64,000 nucleotides of DNA from a virus, in the IMG/VR virus record IMGVR_UViG_3300049595_001870, positions 32,001-96,000 of that record. The stretch is one strand, 5' to 3'. Below the pieces are notes generated by a model. It did not search any database, was not told the origin of the DNA, and saw only the letters and a program-made list of their open reading frames with translations. This document shows, one piece after another, positions 54,858 to 64,000 of the stretch; within the stretch, counting starts at the first letter, position 1; each line of letters opens with the position of its first letter. Made by a program: the position numbers and the translations under genes.

Positions 54858-57763
54858 TACTCTGCTCCCTGAACGCCTTCGACAAGAACACCATGGATGA
54901 CGACCGCGTCTGCGGCCTGCGTGCCGGCCAACGCGACGGCCACATGCTTGTCCGATCCAGCACTCCTGTCATTGCGACGGCCACCAAACGCCGCGCGCGC
55001 CATGCCATTGGCGTCACCCAATGCACTGCGGGCGAGCTTCATGTCCAGTTCAGCAACGGTCGCACCTTGCTCGGCCACAAAGCCCGCGCCAACATCTGTT
55101 CTGATGGCGTTTGCTCGCGGCGTATCTGAGTTGTTGTAGTGCAGGCCAACTTGCAGCTTGGCCGTGCCGGCTGTCGGCTTGTACACCACACTGATCGCTC
55201 CGGCGTCTTCCTCCCCCAAGACCAGCGGCCCGGTGCGGAAGGCATACGGAACGGCCGTTCCTGCATCAGACAGCCCTCCGGACTTCAGAAGCCCGCCCGA
55301 GGCGGTAGCACTGACTTGCACCCAGCGGTTGCCAAGCAACGACAGATTGGAGGCCGTGACCGCCACGGGGTACGTTTCCTCCCACCATGCCTTGGTGGCC
55401 ACGCAATAGCACAGAGCCCGCACCGGCTGCGTGTCTCCCGGCGCGCAATAGTGGAATCGCACGGTCTTCGTCAGCCAGTCGGACGACACGTGGAACTTGT
55501 CGGCTTGGCTGAAATCAATTGAGTTGTCTCGCCACTTGTCGTCTATGGCTGCTGATATCGCCTCATCCTTCTGACCGTCGAAAGCGTAGACGCCGTTGGA
55601 GTCGGCAAGAAACAATACGCCCCCGAGGACGGTCCAGCAGCGGCTGTTCATCACGCCGCGGTAGGCGACCAGCGTGATGCTTGCGTCGATAATCGGCTGC
55701 GACACGTACATCAACTTATAGATATGCGATTGCTGGATTACCAGCAGCATCGGCCCCAGCGGCGCCAAGGCGACAACCTTGTCCGGCGTTGAGCTGTTTT
55801 CTTGGACGATCAGCTCGTTGTCGGCGCTGACGCTTTCCGGTTCGTCAATTTCTGAAAAGTACAGAGTGTTCGGCCGCAGGCCCAAGGCATCCACGGCATA
55901 CCACGCGCGGTCTTGGAACATGGTCGCCACAGCAAACTCGCCGGGCGGCACAGCGAACCTCCGCGCGTTAGCCTGTCCACTTGGCAGCGTGACGGGCATC
56001 AGGCCATAGTTGTCGCGGCTGGTGTCCGCCAGATCGATGTCGGTTATGGATTCGACGTACGTGCCGCTCCATTGCGCGTCCGTCTTTTTGATGGTTCCGA
56101 CACGGAACAGGATGGTTCTCTGATCGGGCGTGGTGCGCCACAGCTCCATGCCGACCACGCGGTCGTCCACGCCGTAGTGGCGGAATTTCCACGTGAGGCT
56201 CGCGGCCCCGTCCCCGCAATCCACTTCCACCAGATCCGAAATGGAGGAGTACACGGGGCCGTTCTCTTCCTCCGGCGTGTCGTCAAAGTAACGTATGCAA
56301 CAGTAGTAGACTCCGCGCAGCGTATCGCGCAGGGTGGCTTGCGCGCGTGCCTCAGAGTCGGAGACATACGCCGTCGGAAACTCAGAGTATTCGCCGCGAC
56401 TCACCACGGTGGCTGCTGTCACGCGACCATTGGCCACGGCCGCCTCCGCTGTGGCGTCAACTGTTTCCGTGTCGGCGACGTTTCGGCGAATCGTAACCAC
56501 GGGCGGTGTGTAGTAGCCGTCTCCGGAGTTGCCGACTGTAAGCGAAGAGATGCCGAATCGCATGCCGACCGCAACCGCTGCGCCGGATCCACTCAGGCTG
56601 TTGATGGTTGCGGTCACACCAGAGGTGGTTGCGCCAGTGCCGGACTCCAATACGACGAGCCCGATCACTTGGCCGTTGGAGTTGACGACTACCCGTGCCG
56701 AGGCTCCTGTCAGTCCCTGCGCCGTGCTGAAAGTCAGTGTTGCGGCGTATGTGCCGGATGATGTGTAGCCGGTGCCTCCGGCCAGCACGCTCAAACTATT
56801 TACGCCGCCGACCATGCCGACATTGAATGTCGCTCCAGTCCCAACGCCGCCTGACACGGTGACGGTCGGCGTGTCTTGGTAGCCGGCGCCTTGGTCGGTC
56901 ACAATGATGCGATCGACCCTGCCATTGGCGACGACGGCCCTGGCTGTGGCTGGCCGGTCGGGCGTCCCGCCGGTCAGCGTAACCGTCGGCAGGCCATGGT
57001 AGCCCGCCCCGCCACGCACCATCTGAATCGCGGAGATGTATTTTCCGCCGGCCGTGCTTGCGGCCGATACAGTAGGCCCGATCGCAGGCTTGTTGAGGCC
57101 AATCGGCACAATAGACGGAACGAAATCACTGCCCACCAAAAGCTGCTGACCGGATGGCGTAACGACGGCCTCGCCAGCGTTAGTGACAAGAATGCCCTGC
57201 ATGCTGTATTCGCCCTCACGGAACGAATACCGAAAACCACGCCCGCCGCCGTCTACGCCGTAAACGTCGTTGAAGCGGCCACGGAAAAAGCTCACCGGGC
57301 GCAGCGGCCCCGTGGCTGCGTACGCAACGGCAAAGGCGCCTGTGCCGTACTCCAGCAGAGTCACCGCGCCGATCGCCGACGTAGTGGCTGCTAGAACTGC
57401 CTGGGTTGAACTGACCCAGTTCTGGATCAGCGCGGTTGTCCCGGCCGACAGGATCGGCCATGTGGTGGCCGTCAGCGATGCGGCAAACGTGATGGTCGCC
57501 GTGCTTGTGCCGGCGGTCACTGATGCAACAGTCGCAGCCTGCGAGGGGACGCGCAGTGCCACTGTTGGGTTGCTGGTGTACCCGGTTCCAGCCGACGTAA
57601 CGACAATCGACTCCACCTTGCCGCCAGCAAGATGCGCTTGCGCCGCAGCACCCGCGCCGCCTCCACCAGACAAGATGACGTTTGGCGGTGAGGTGTAGTT
57701 AGTGCCGCCGCTGGTGACGACAAATTTCACCAAGCCGCCATTGGTCCGTGCGCCAATTTGCAT
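54857..57763 (-). CDS. Tail tubular/stabilisation-type protein with repeated G.GY modules, copy B
   Basis: 968 aa; N-terminal repeats such as [15 protein letters not shown]; C-terminal [11 protein letters not shown] and YCVATKAWW. Confidence 0.65.
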   Translation of the reverse strand: MQIGARTNGGLVKFVVTSGGTNYTSPPNVILSGGGGAGAAAQAHLAGGKVESIVVTSAGTGYTSNPTVALRVPSQAATVASVTAGTSTATITFAASLTATTWPILSAGTTALIQNWVSSTQAVLAATTSAIGAVTLLEYGTGAFAVAYAATGPLRPVSFFRGRFNDVYGVDGGGRGFRYSFREGEYSMQGILVTNAGEAVVTPSGQQLLVGSDFVPSIVPIGLNKPAIGPTVSAASTAGGKYISAIQMVRGGAGYHGLPTVTLTGGTPDRPATARAVVANGRVDRIIVTDQGAGYQDTPTVTVSGGVGTGATFNVGMVGGVNSLSVLAGGTGYTSSGTYAATLTFSTAQGLTGASARVVVNSNGQVIGLVVLESGTGATTSGVTATINSLSGSGAAVAVGMRFGISSLTVGNSGDGYYTPPVVTIRRNVADTETVDATAEAAVANGRVTAATVVSRGEYSEFPTAYVSDSEARAQATLRDTLRGVYYCCIRYFDDTPEEENGPVYSSISDLVEVDCGDGAASLTWKFRHYGVDDRVVGMELWRTTPDQRTILFRVGTIKKTDAQWSGTYVESITDIDLADTSRDNYGLMPVTLPSGQANARRFAVPPGEFAVATMFQDRAWYAVDALGLRPNTLYFSEIDEPESVSADNELIVQENSSTPDKVVALAPLGPMLLVIQQSHIYKLMYVSQPIIDASITLVAYRGVMNSRCWTVLGGVLFLADSNGVYAFDGQKDEAISAAIDDKWRDNSIDFSQADKFHVSSDWLTKTVRFHYCAPGDTQPVRALCYCVATKAWWEETYPVAVTASNLSLLGNRWVQVSATASGGLLKSGGLSDAGTAVPYAFRTGPLVLGEEDAGAISVVYKPTAGTAKLQVGLHYNNSDTPRANAIRTDVGAGFVAEQGATVAELDMKLARSALGDANGMARAAFGGRRNDRSAGSDKHVAVALAGTQAADAVVIHGVLVEGVQGAE

Positions 57764-58029
57764 TAGCTAGGCCCTAGCGCGGCGCGGATCACTCCGTCGT
57801 CTGACTGATACAGCACGGCCTCCGTGTGAGCCGGGTAGCGAAACGAGTGCCAGATCCTGGCCGTGGAGCCGGTATGCAGCGTGAAGGACACGGCCTGCGT
57901 GCCCGGACGAACCGCCAGCTCTCCAGGGGCCAGAATCTGGAGATTCACCTGCGTCACCGCTGCGCCTGGTTTGATGGCGTACGGCGAAGCGTTGGTGACT
58001 AAGCCAGACCACTGCTCTATTGCGATCAT
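57763..58029 (-). CDS. Small conserved tail-region protein, copy B
   Basis: 88 aa, paralogue of 1140..1409. Confidence 0.6.
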   Translation of the reverse strand: MIAIEQWSGLVTNASPYAIKPGAAVTQVNLQILAPGELAVRPGTQAVSFTLHTGSTARIWHSFRYPAHTEAVLYQSDDGVIRAALGPS

Positions 58030-59198
58030 CCGTTATCCGGGCCGCTTGGCGCCATGCGGATTGCCGTGCTGTAGGACACCTCCGGGTTGCCGAAGAGCGC
58101 GCTGCGACGGCCCGAGATCGGCGACATCTGGTCGGCCTCCATGGCCATGCGAAGGTCCCGCATGTAGATGGCCGCAGACTTTTCGACATCGCCCTTCCGC
58201 ATCCGTGCCAGCCACAGCTCCGCTCCGGACAGGAGGGCAGAGAACATGCCGTCCGACAAATCCAGAAGGCTGCTCACAACGTACTTGCGATCCGTGTACG
58301 TGCCGGTCAAAGCGTCCTTCAGGGTCAACGACGTTCCGCTGGCGATCGACTGAATGACGGACTGCTCTTGGTAGGGATACACGCCGGCCAGCGGCTCCGG
58401 GTAATTGACTCCGGAGTCGATGATGCGGAGAACACATCCAGCCATGTCAGCCTTGAACTGCGTATTGGTTCCCGTGACAGAACTTGAGGCGGCACACGCC
58501 GCCGTGCCGGCCCTGGCACCCTGCTCGTACCCGGTGTACCTGGGCATCGTTACCTTGCGACGGTACGTGTAGTCCAACGTCTCGGCCGCATCGGGATAGC
58601 CGCAGACCCGAACCGCCCATTTGTCAGGCACGGTGGACTGCTCGTCCCGCATGATCGTCCAATACACCGGATCGCCAGAGAGCAGGATCGACCGTTCGAT
58701 CCGCGCCCACTCCGTCGGCGAGACGTACGATGTGATGCTGGTACGGTCCTGCGTGATCAGCGCGTCCATGTTCCGGAAGTCGGCCGGCAACTGATATGTG
58801 TTGCGGTACAGGATCACCTGCTTGCCGGCGCCGTCGAACGTAGACGGGAATTTGAATGTGCTGCTCAGAGTCAGGACCGTGTTGGATGTCCTGGCAGCGA
58901 CCTGGGCCACCACGCCGCCGCTGTGGGCGCGGTAGGAGGTGGCGTTTGACGGCCAAGACCCTGATGCTCGCGTAAGGGTGGTCCCAGAGCCACCAATGGT
59001 GACCGTTACCGTCTCGGCCGGCTCCAGCATGAGGCGGCTCTGAGTGACATGCCACGCCCAGTCCTTGGCGTTCACCAAGTCACGGTAGGCGTGATGGACG
59101 GCCGATCGCAGCTCCCGCTGCTCGGCGTCCTGCGCCCCGCCGCCCGACACGGAAATCAGGTGGTCAATGACATCTTGGACGGCGTAGTAGGACCCCAC
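58026..59198 (-). CDS. Head-tail adaptor / tail tubular protein A-like, copy B
   Basis: 390 aa, paralogue of 1406..2293 with a roughly 95-aa insertion. Confidence 0.55.
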   Translation of the reverse strand: MGSYYAVQDVIDHLISVSGGGAQDAEQRELRSAVHHAYRDLVNAKDWAWHVTQSRLMLEPAETVTVTIGGSGTTLTRASGSWPSNATSYRAHSGGVVAQVAARTSNTVLTLSSTFKFPSTFDGAGKQVILYRNTYQLPADFRNMDALITQDRTSITSYVSPTEWARIERSILLSGDPVYWTIMRDEQSTVPDKWAVRVCGYPDAAETLDYTYRRKVTMPRYTGYEQGARAGTAACAASSSVTGTNTQFKADMAGCVLRIIDSGVNYPEPLAGVYPYQEQSVIQSIASGTSLTLKDALTGTYTDRKYVVSSLLDLSDGMFSALLSGAELWLARMRKGDVEKSAAIYMRDLRMAMEADQMSPISGRRSALFGNPEVSYSTAIRMAPSGPDNG

Positions 59199-59279
59199 GG
59201 CTTCTCCTTGGTTGATGGCCTACTAACTATTGCCCTCGGCGGCACAGCGAAAAATCACCCTGCCGTCAGCCGCCAAATG

Positions 59280-59627
59280 TCAGGAAATAGCGCAGTCCGC
59301 CTGCACCTCGGCGCTCCACGCGCTGGATCCGTAGCTGTTGACAGCCTTCACCCTGTAATACGCCTGCCCGCCAAAGCCCTCAACGTCTAAGTTTGTTGAA
59401 GTGCCAGCACCGGAAAATGCCTCAGTGAACGAACCGCCGGACGCAAACGACCACTCCAGAACATACGATGTCGCGCCGGACACGCTGTCCCAGGATATCG
59501 TTCCGGTGCCAGTGCTGGTGTCACAGGCCGTCTGCGCGAGGCCAGTCGGAGTGGCAGGGGCAGATCCACCACCACCGCCGCCCGATTCTGTCGTTCGCGG
59601 GACAAGCATGAGCAATGGGTGCGCCAT
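59280..59627 (-). CDS. Fibronectin type III-like domain protein
   Basis: PATPTGL, ISWDSVSGATSYVLEWS, YYRVKAVNSYGSSAWS; likely start MAHPLL at 59627. Confidence 0.7.
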   Translation of the reverse strand: MAHPLLMLVPRTTESGGGGGGSAPATPTGLAQTACDTSTGTGTISWDSVSGATSYVLEWSFASGGSFTEAFSGAGTSTNLDVEGFGGQAYYRVKAVNSYGSSAWSAEVQADCAIS

Positions 59628-60832
59628 CAGATCGCCCTCCACCGAGATTCCGAAGTGTCATAGACCAGAAGGACGGCGTGCCCGTTGGCCGTGACGGCGT
59701 AGTCTGTGGCGCCCTTGGCCAGCACCCGGTTGGCTTCTGCGGAGCTGGTGTGCGCGTGCTTCACCGTGATGGTGTAGGTCGCGCCGGTGTTTACCAACAG
59801 CACGGCAACGCCTGTTGACCCACCTGTGAATCCTGTGAGGTCCCTGTTGGTGGTGGCCGCAGAAATGCGCACCACATCCAAAGCTCCCAGAGACAAATTG
59901 TGCGTGTCCTGCGTCAGGGCCGACACGCTCCCCATGACGATCAGGTACGGATCCGTTCCTCCACGCATATGCTGCGATGCGTGCGTTGCGCCAGCCGCGC
60001 CGACCGACGCTGCACTGAGCGACACCGCACCTGTAACGCCGTTGACCGACGCCACTGGGCCGGTGGTGCCGGCGATCAGCGCAACAGCCGTGACGAAATT
60101 ATCAACTGCCGTCGTCGCATGAGTATGCACCGTCGGCGCCGCACCGACCGAAGTGGCGCTGAGCGACACGGCACCCGTGACGCCGTTGACCGACGAAACG
60201 TCGCCGCCGCCGCCACCGCCCGAAATCGTCACTGCGCCCGTAAGCCCATTGACCGAGGTCACGGGCGCAGCAGTTGCAGCGATCGCCACCACGGCAGCGC
60301 CAAAATTGACGATGTCTCCGGTCGAATGATTGTGCGAGGCTGTTGCAGCGCCGACCGAAGCTGCGGCAAGGCTCACCGCACCAGTGAGGCCATTGACTGA
60401 AGCGACCGGAGTTGCCGTACCAATGACAGTCACCACGGCCGTGCTGAAGTCGCTGATGTCCTTGGCCACATGCCCGTGAGACGCCAAGGCAGCGCCGACT
60501 GCCGTGGCGTTGAGTGACACGGCGCCAGTCTGCCCGTTGACGGACGACACAGGCGCGGCCGTGGCCGCAATAGCAACGACGGCTGTGTTGAAGTTGCTAA
60601 TGTCGCCAGTCGCATGATTGTGCGATGCGGGCGCCGCGCCAACTGAAGTAGCGGCAAGGCTGACCGCACCGCTTAGACCGTTCACGCTCGCCACGGGGCC
60701 GGACAAAGCCGCCAACGCACCAGCCGTGCCCTGGTAGGTGGTTTTGCTGTCGCTGCTGTTGAACAGCACTACGGAATCGATCGCCACCGTCCCGGCCGGC
60801 AGCGAGTTGATTTTGATTTGCGTGACGGACAT
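59627..60832 (-). CDS. Tail fibre with SVNG / HxH repeats
   Basis: Six V.SVNG.(T/S)GAV motifs, roughly 48-aa period with SHxH; HASQH..GGTDP. Confidence 0.7.
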   Translation of the reverse strand: MSVTQIKINSLPAGTVAIDSVVLFNSSDSKTTYQGTAGALAALSGPVASVNGLSGAVSLAATSVGAAPASHNHATGDISNFNTAVVAIAATAAPVSSVNGQTGAVSLNATAVGAALASHGHVAKDISDFSTAVVTVIGTATPVASVNGLTGAVSLAAASVGAATASHNHSTGDIVNFGAAVVAIAATAAPVTSVNGLTGAVTISGGGGGGDVSSVNGVTGAVSLSATSVGAAPTVHTHATTAVDNFVTAVALIAGTTGPVASVNGVTGAVSLSAASVGAAGATHASQHMRGGTDPYLIVMGSVSALTQDTHNLSLGALDVVRISAATTNRDLTGFTGGSTGVAVLLVNTGATYTITVKHAHTSSAEANRVLAKGATDYAVTANGHAVLLVYDTSESRWRAI

Positions 60833-60833
60833 C

Positions 60834-61160
60834 TCATCCCTTCAGGCAAACGGTCATGGAGCAAGAGGTGGCGCCAACCACCACCGGCACAACAAACGGC
60901 AGGGCGAATGTCTGGTCGGGGAACGGAATGGCTCCGACGACAATCGCGGATGTGACAGCCGCGCCGCTGGCTTGCAGCGGCAGCGGAGTCCCTTCTGCGC
61001 TGGCGGCTCCGTGCCAGTTGATCTGCGTGCAACCGCCCGTGTTTGCTACCAGCACCACGCCGGAAGCGAAGGGGCCAAAGGCAACCCGCGGAGCCACGGA
61101 ATTGGCGGAACTACTGGCGACGATGGCGGCTGTGGAAAAGTGGCGTGCGATGTCGTTCAT
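60834..61160 (-). CDS. Conserved virion-region protein, copy B
   Basis: 108 aa, paralogue of 5117..5446. Confidence 0.6.
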   Translation of the reverse strand: MNDIARHFSTAAIVASSSANSVAPRVAFGPFASGVVLVANTGGCTQINWHGAASAEGTPLPLQASGAAVTSAIVVGAIPFPDQTFALPFVVPVVVGATSCSMTVCLKG

Positions 61161-61702
61161 ACGTTCCTCCCCTTAACTTTGTAGGCGTGCTGGGCGATGA
61201 TCTTCTCTCTCAGTTCCCCGACCTTGGCTCGGGGATGTTTCTTACGCTCCTTGCGCAGCTCGTCACGGATGATCGACTCCGAAAGCAGCACGCGCTTCGG
61301 CGGCGCTAGCCCCGGATCGTAGTTTACGCTGCCCTCCACCTTGCGACTACGCCGCTTGGCCACTCGCAGTACATCGTCGGAAGACGACACCCACGCTTCA
61401 GGATCGCGCCAGCCGCGGCTGTCAGCCAAGCCGCCGCAGTAATACTTTCCGGAGATGTTAATGCCGGCGGCCCGCGCCTCGCGCGCCAGCCACTTGGCCT
61501 GAAGCGGAGGCATGTCGTCCAACTGCTGCTGGTTCATGCGGCCCTCCATGAACGCGCGGTCGGTGCCCTTTGTCCCTGGGGGGGTCTGTAAGGCGACCAT
61601 GAGGGCCCACCGCTCACCATGCGGCAGTGCGGCTAGATACACCCGCTGAACCTCGGGGCTGGCTTCAGCGATCTCAGGCGGGAGCTTGCTGCGGTTCTTC
61701 AT
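61157..61702 (-). CDS. Conserved hypothetical protein downstream of portal, copy B
   Basis: Paralogue of 5443..5973; likely start MKNRSK. Confidence 0.6.
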   Translation of the reverse strand: MKNRSKLPPEIAEASPEVQRVYLAALPHGERWALMVALQTPPGTKGTDRAFMEGRMNQQQLDDMPPLQAKWLAREARAAGINISGKYYCGGLADSRGWRDPEAWVSSSDDVLRVAKRRSRKVEGSVNYDPGLAPPKRVLLSESIIRDELRKERKKHPRAKVGELREKIIAQHAYKVKGRNV

Positions 61703-63656
61703 TTTGTGGTGGGGGTGGAGGTGGCGGGGGCGGGACCATGAACTCGGAAACATCCATCTGATTAACCTTGCCCCATTGCGCCATCACGCCATTGAACAGC
61801 TCCGGCCTGCCGGCCTGGAGCAGGCCCTGGGCAACCGGCATGATGACCTGCATGAAGTTGTTCAGGTTTTCCGTCTTGGTGGCGATGTTGGGCTTGCGGG
61901 CTGACCCGGCTTCGACGCGGTAGGCGTATTCCCGGACGATGGACTCCGGGTCTTCGTTCTGCACGTGCATCTGCCACGCTTGAGCAGCCATAGGTCCAAG
62001 GAGAGGAGCAACGTCCTGTGGGTACACCATCCAACGGGCCAGCAGGGCTTCCTTGCGAGCCACCTCGGATAAAGCGTCTTCCAGCGTATTGGCATAGTCG
62101 TCGGGGCGGACGCTGATCTGTTCCGCCTTCACGTTTGCTTCTGCCGCCGACCGGAACTGTGCCCGCGTCATGCCGTAAATAAGCTCGGTCAGCCCAACCC
62201 GTCTATCAAAGAGATTGGTCACCTCCGAGATGATGTTGTACATGTCTTGCGACACGCCGGGCATTTGGAAGACGCTGATGACATCGTTGACAGAGCGGCC
62301 GATGGCCTCGCTGATCTCAACGACGTTGAAGCCATTTTCCGATTTGTTGTCTAGGATCTTGGCCTTGATATCCGGATCGGCCGCCTTCGCCACGCCGACG
62401 AGCGTCTGTGAAGAGGTGGCAATGCGGGTGGCGAGAAAGCTCATCGCCCAGTTGATGAACCGCAGCTCTCCAATTCCGGGTTTTATAATGCTCACCGGCC
62501 AGGAGTAGCCCGGCTGCCCGTGCCAAGCAAGGAGCGTGAATGGCCAGCCGTTCGGCTCGGCCCAGAATGGGATCGGCCACTGTGCCGCCATGAACATCGC
62601 CTGCGGCACGCCGGAATCATCGACCGGCTCCTGCAACATGGCCGGCGGCACGTTCAGCGGAAACTCCACGCCCTCGGCGACGACGATGTAACAGTTGGGC
62701 CCCATCGCGTCGAATACGCCGCGCAGGTCCTTGTCGGCGTCCTTCAAACGATCTCCGAAGCCCGTCTTGCTGTAGATTTCCCAGTAGCAGATCAGGTCGT
62801 TGGTCTTGCCGTTCTTCTTCTTGTGCAGATAGCCGCGGTCGTTCTGGTCGGCCCGGGAAGAATAGGATTCGATGTGACCCTTGAGATCGTCCCGAGACAG
62901 GCCGAATTTGGCGGCCACCTCATCAATCGGCTGCACCCGCTTGCGGGCGGCCCAGCGGATGTCCTCGTACTCGTCGGCATCCGGGTCCCAGACCAAATTG
63001 TCGATGGAGTCGAAGAACGATCCGGCCATCCGCACCTGGGCGCCGGGTGGGGCGTACAGCTCATGCCACCAGACCGACGCACCCTTGATGAAAGCCTCTT
63101 CCACCACCTTGCGGGAGTGGCGCTTCAGGTCTAGCTCGTTGGGTGTGTAATTCAGGTAATCCTGCAAAAGCTGGCTGATGAGCTTGCGCCGCTCAAACAG
63201 CATGCCCTGCTGCTGCATCATCTGCTGGTACATCTGCTCGCCAGGGTCTGGCATCATCACCGGCTGGCCGTCTGGGCCCATCACTGGCTGGCCGTCTGGG
63301 CCCATCTGCGGAGTGGGTGGCTGCGGGAAGATGCCCAAGAGCTGGGGGCCGATGATGGGGTATTCCTTCGGCGTCACCGCCCGCACTGGATTCCGGTGGT
63401 GAATCACCGCCGTAAACAGCCGGACGGCCTCCCAAACGCGGTTGACGACCATCCGGAAGGACGGCATGGTCAGGCCGCGGTTGTAGCCACGCACCCCGCT
63501 GGCGGCCTCCGTGCCCCACATGGCGTCGGGATCGGAGGAATAGAAGCCCATAGCCTCCTTGGCGTCCAAGGAGAATGGCTTCTTGTGTTCCTCGGCCTGC
63601 TTAATGCACTCCAGCCAACGGGTGACAATGGGGCGCAGCGGGTTTTCGTCGGGCAT
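61674..63656 (-). CDS. Portal protein, copy B
   Basis: 660 aa, collinear with 5980..7971 throughout but with many substitutions. Confidence 0.8.
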   Translation of the reverse strand: MPDENPLRPIVTRWLECIKQAEEHKKPFSLDAKEAMGFYSSDPDAMWGTEAASGVRGYNRGLTMPSFRMVVNRVWEAVRLFTAVIHHRNPVRAVTPKEYPIIGPQLLGIFPQPPTPQMGPDGQPVMGPDGQPVMMPDPGEQMYQQMMQQQGMLFERRKLISQLLQDYLNYTPNELDLKRHSRKVVEEAFIKGASVWWHELYAPPGAQVRMAGSFFDSIDNLVWDPDADEYEDIRWAARKRVQPIDEVAAKFGLSRDDLKGHIESYSSRADQNDRGYLHKKKNGKTNDLICYWEIYSKTGFGDRLKDADKDLRGVFDAMGPNCYIVVAEGVEFPLNVPPAMLQEPVDDSGVPQAMFMAAQWPIPFWAEPNGWPFTLLAWHGQPGYSWPVSIIKPGIGELRFINWAMSFLATRIATSSQTLVGVAKAADPDIKAKILDNKSENGFNVVEISEAIGRSVNDVISVFQMPGVSQDMYNIISEVTNLFDRRVGLTELIYGMTRAQFRSAAEANVKAEQISVRPDDYANTLEDALSEVARKEALLARWMVYPQDVAPLLGPMAAQAWQMHVQNEDPESIVREYAYRVEAGSARKPNIATKTENLNNFMQVIMPVAQGLLQAGRPELFNGVMAQWGKVNQMDVSEFMVPPPPPPPPPQNEEPQQAPA

Positions 63657-63671
63657 GGAGGGCTCCTAACT

Positions 63672-63681
63672 ACTATTGCCC
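63672..63681 (-). promoter_or_regulatory. Putative late-promoter motif GGGCAATAGT before portal B
   Basis: Identical to motifs at 2304 and 59226. Confidence 0.45.
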
Positions 63682-63984
63682 CTCGGCCTTCTTCAGGCCC
63701 ACCTTCCGCTCCAGCAGAGAAACCCGCTCAGACAGGGCCGCAATGTCCGTCTGTCGCTTGTGTTCCCAGTACCCGTACCGCTTCCAGTCCGGGAAATCCT
63801 CCACGCCGGGGTCATCGACATGATGCGCGGACGGCTTGTCCACCGGCCCGCCGATGCCGAAGGCCACCAGATTCAGCGTCCGGGACGACGCCGTGACGAC
63901 CAGGGCCGGCACGGGATCGGCCTCCTTGTGCGGGTAGAAGAGAACCCAGTCGCCGACGACGGCCTTGGGCATGACGTAGCTCAT
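63673..63984 (-). CDS. Conserved hypothetical protein upstream of portal, copy B
   Basis: 103 aa, paralogue of 7999..8319. Confidence 0.6.
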   Translation of the reverse strand: MSYVMPKAVVGDWVLFYPHKEADPVPALVVTASSRTLNLVAFGIGGPVDKPSAHHVDDPGVEDFPDWKRYGYWEHKRQTDIAALSERVSLLERKVGLKKAEGQ

Positions 63985-64000
63985 TTTTGCAGGCTCCTAG

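Larger units (their letters stand above)
1..64000. mobile_element. Tailed dsDNA (pro)phage DNA, podovirus-like, about 1.15 genome equivalents from two related phages
   Basis: Terminase, two portals, major capsid, tail, SSB, ERF-like, exonuclease and integrase-like genes; no cellular housekeeping genes; 1-8.3 kb is paralogous to 54.9-64 kb. Confidence 0.9.

Noticed and set aside
59627-60832. Diversity-generating retroelement targeting the fibres
   Set aside because: No reverse transcriptase and no template/variable repeat pair differing at adenines was seen
54857-63984. Terminal redundancy or circular overlap of a single genome
   Set aside because: The copies differ by substitutions throughout and carry unrelated fibre genes; true redundancy would be near-identical
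1-64000. Stop-codon reassignment or DNA/RNA polymerase genes
   Set aside because: Standard code gives dense, coupled ORFs with TAG, TGA and TAA all used as stops; no polymerase motifs recognised

Overview
The whole 64 kb window is GC-rich tailed-phage DNA with podovirus-like organisation. No host housekeeping genes, rRNA, intact tRNA or CRISPR array were seen. The minus-strand virion module at 1-21 kb holds tail, portal, terminase, major capsid and scaffold genes. A repeat-rich divergent control region (22.1-22.4 kb) precedes a plus-strand operon of about 27 small early genes ending in a serine recombinase (22.5-31.8 kb). A minus-strand block (31.6-44.3 kb) encodes a sigma-like factor, two proteases (C1 and S8) among membrane proteins, nucleases, a DUF1376-type initiator with iterons, SSB, an ERF-like recombinase and an exonuclease. 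A tyrosine recombinase (44.5-45.4 kb) is followed by a second virion module (45.4-64 kb) whose last 9 kb is a diverged paralogue of the first 8.3 kb, offset by about 55.7 kb. The window therefore holds about 1.15 genomes from two related but non-identical phages. The strongest unexpected signal is at 39.36-40.07 kb: three integron attC-like sites, each exactly 86 bp from AGAAC to GTTCT. Their outer ends match in the pattern expected of mobile cassettes. The cassette genes run opposite to canonical integron polarity, and two sites supply their own ribosome-binding site and start codon. All product calls are by motif recognition only; no database search was run. A Planctomycetota host is my guess from recalled gene families and cannot be verified from the sequence.
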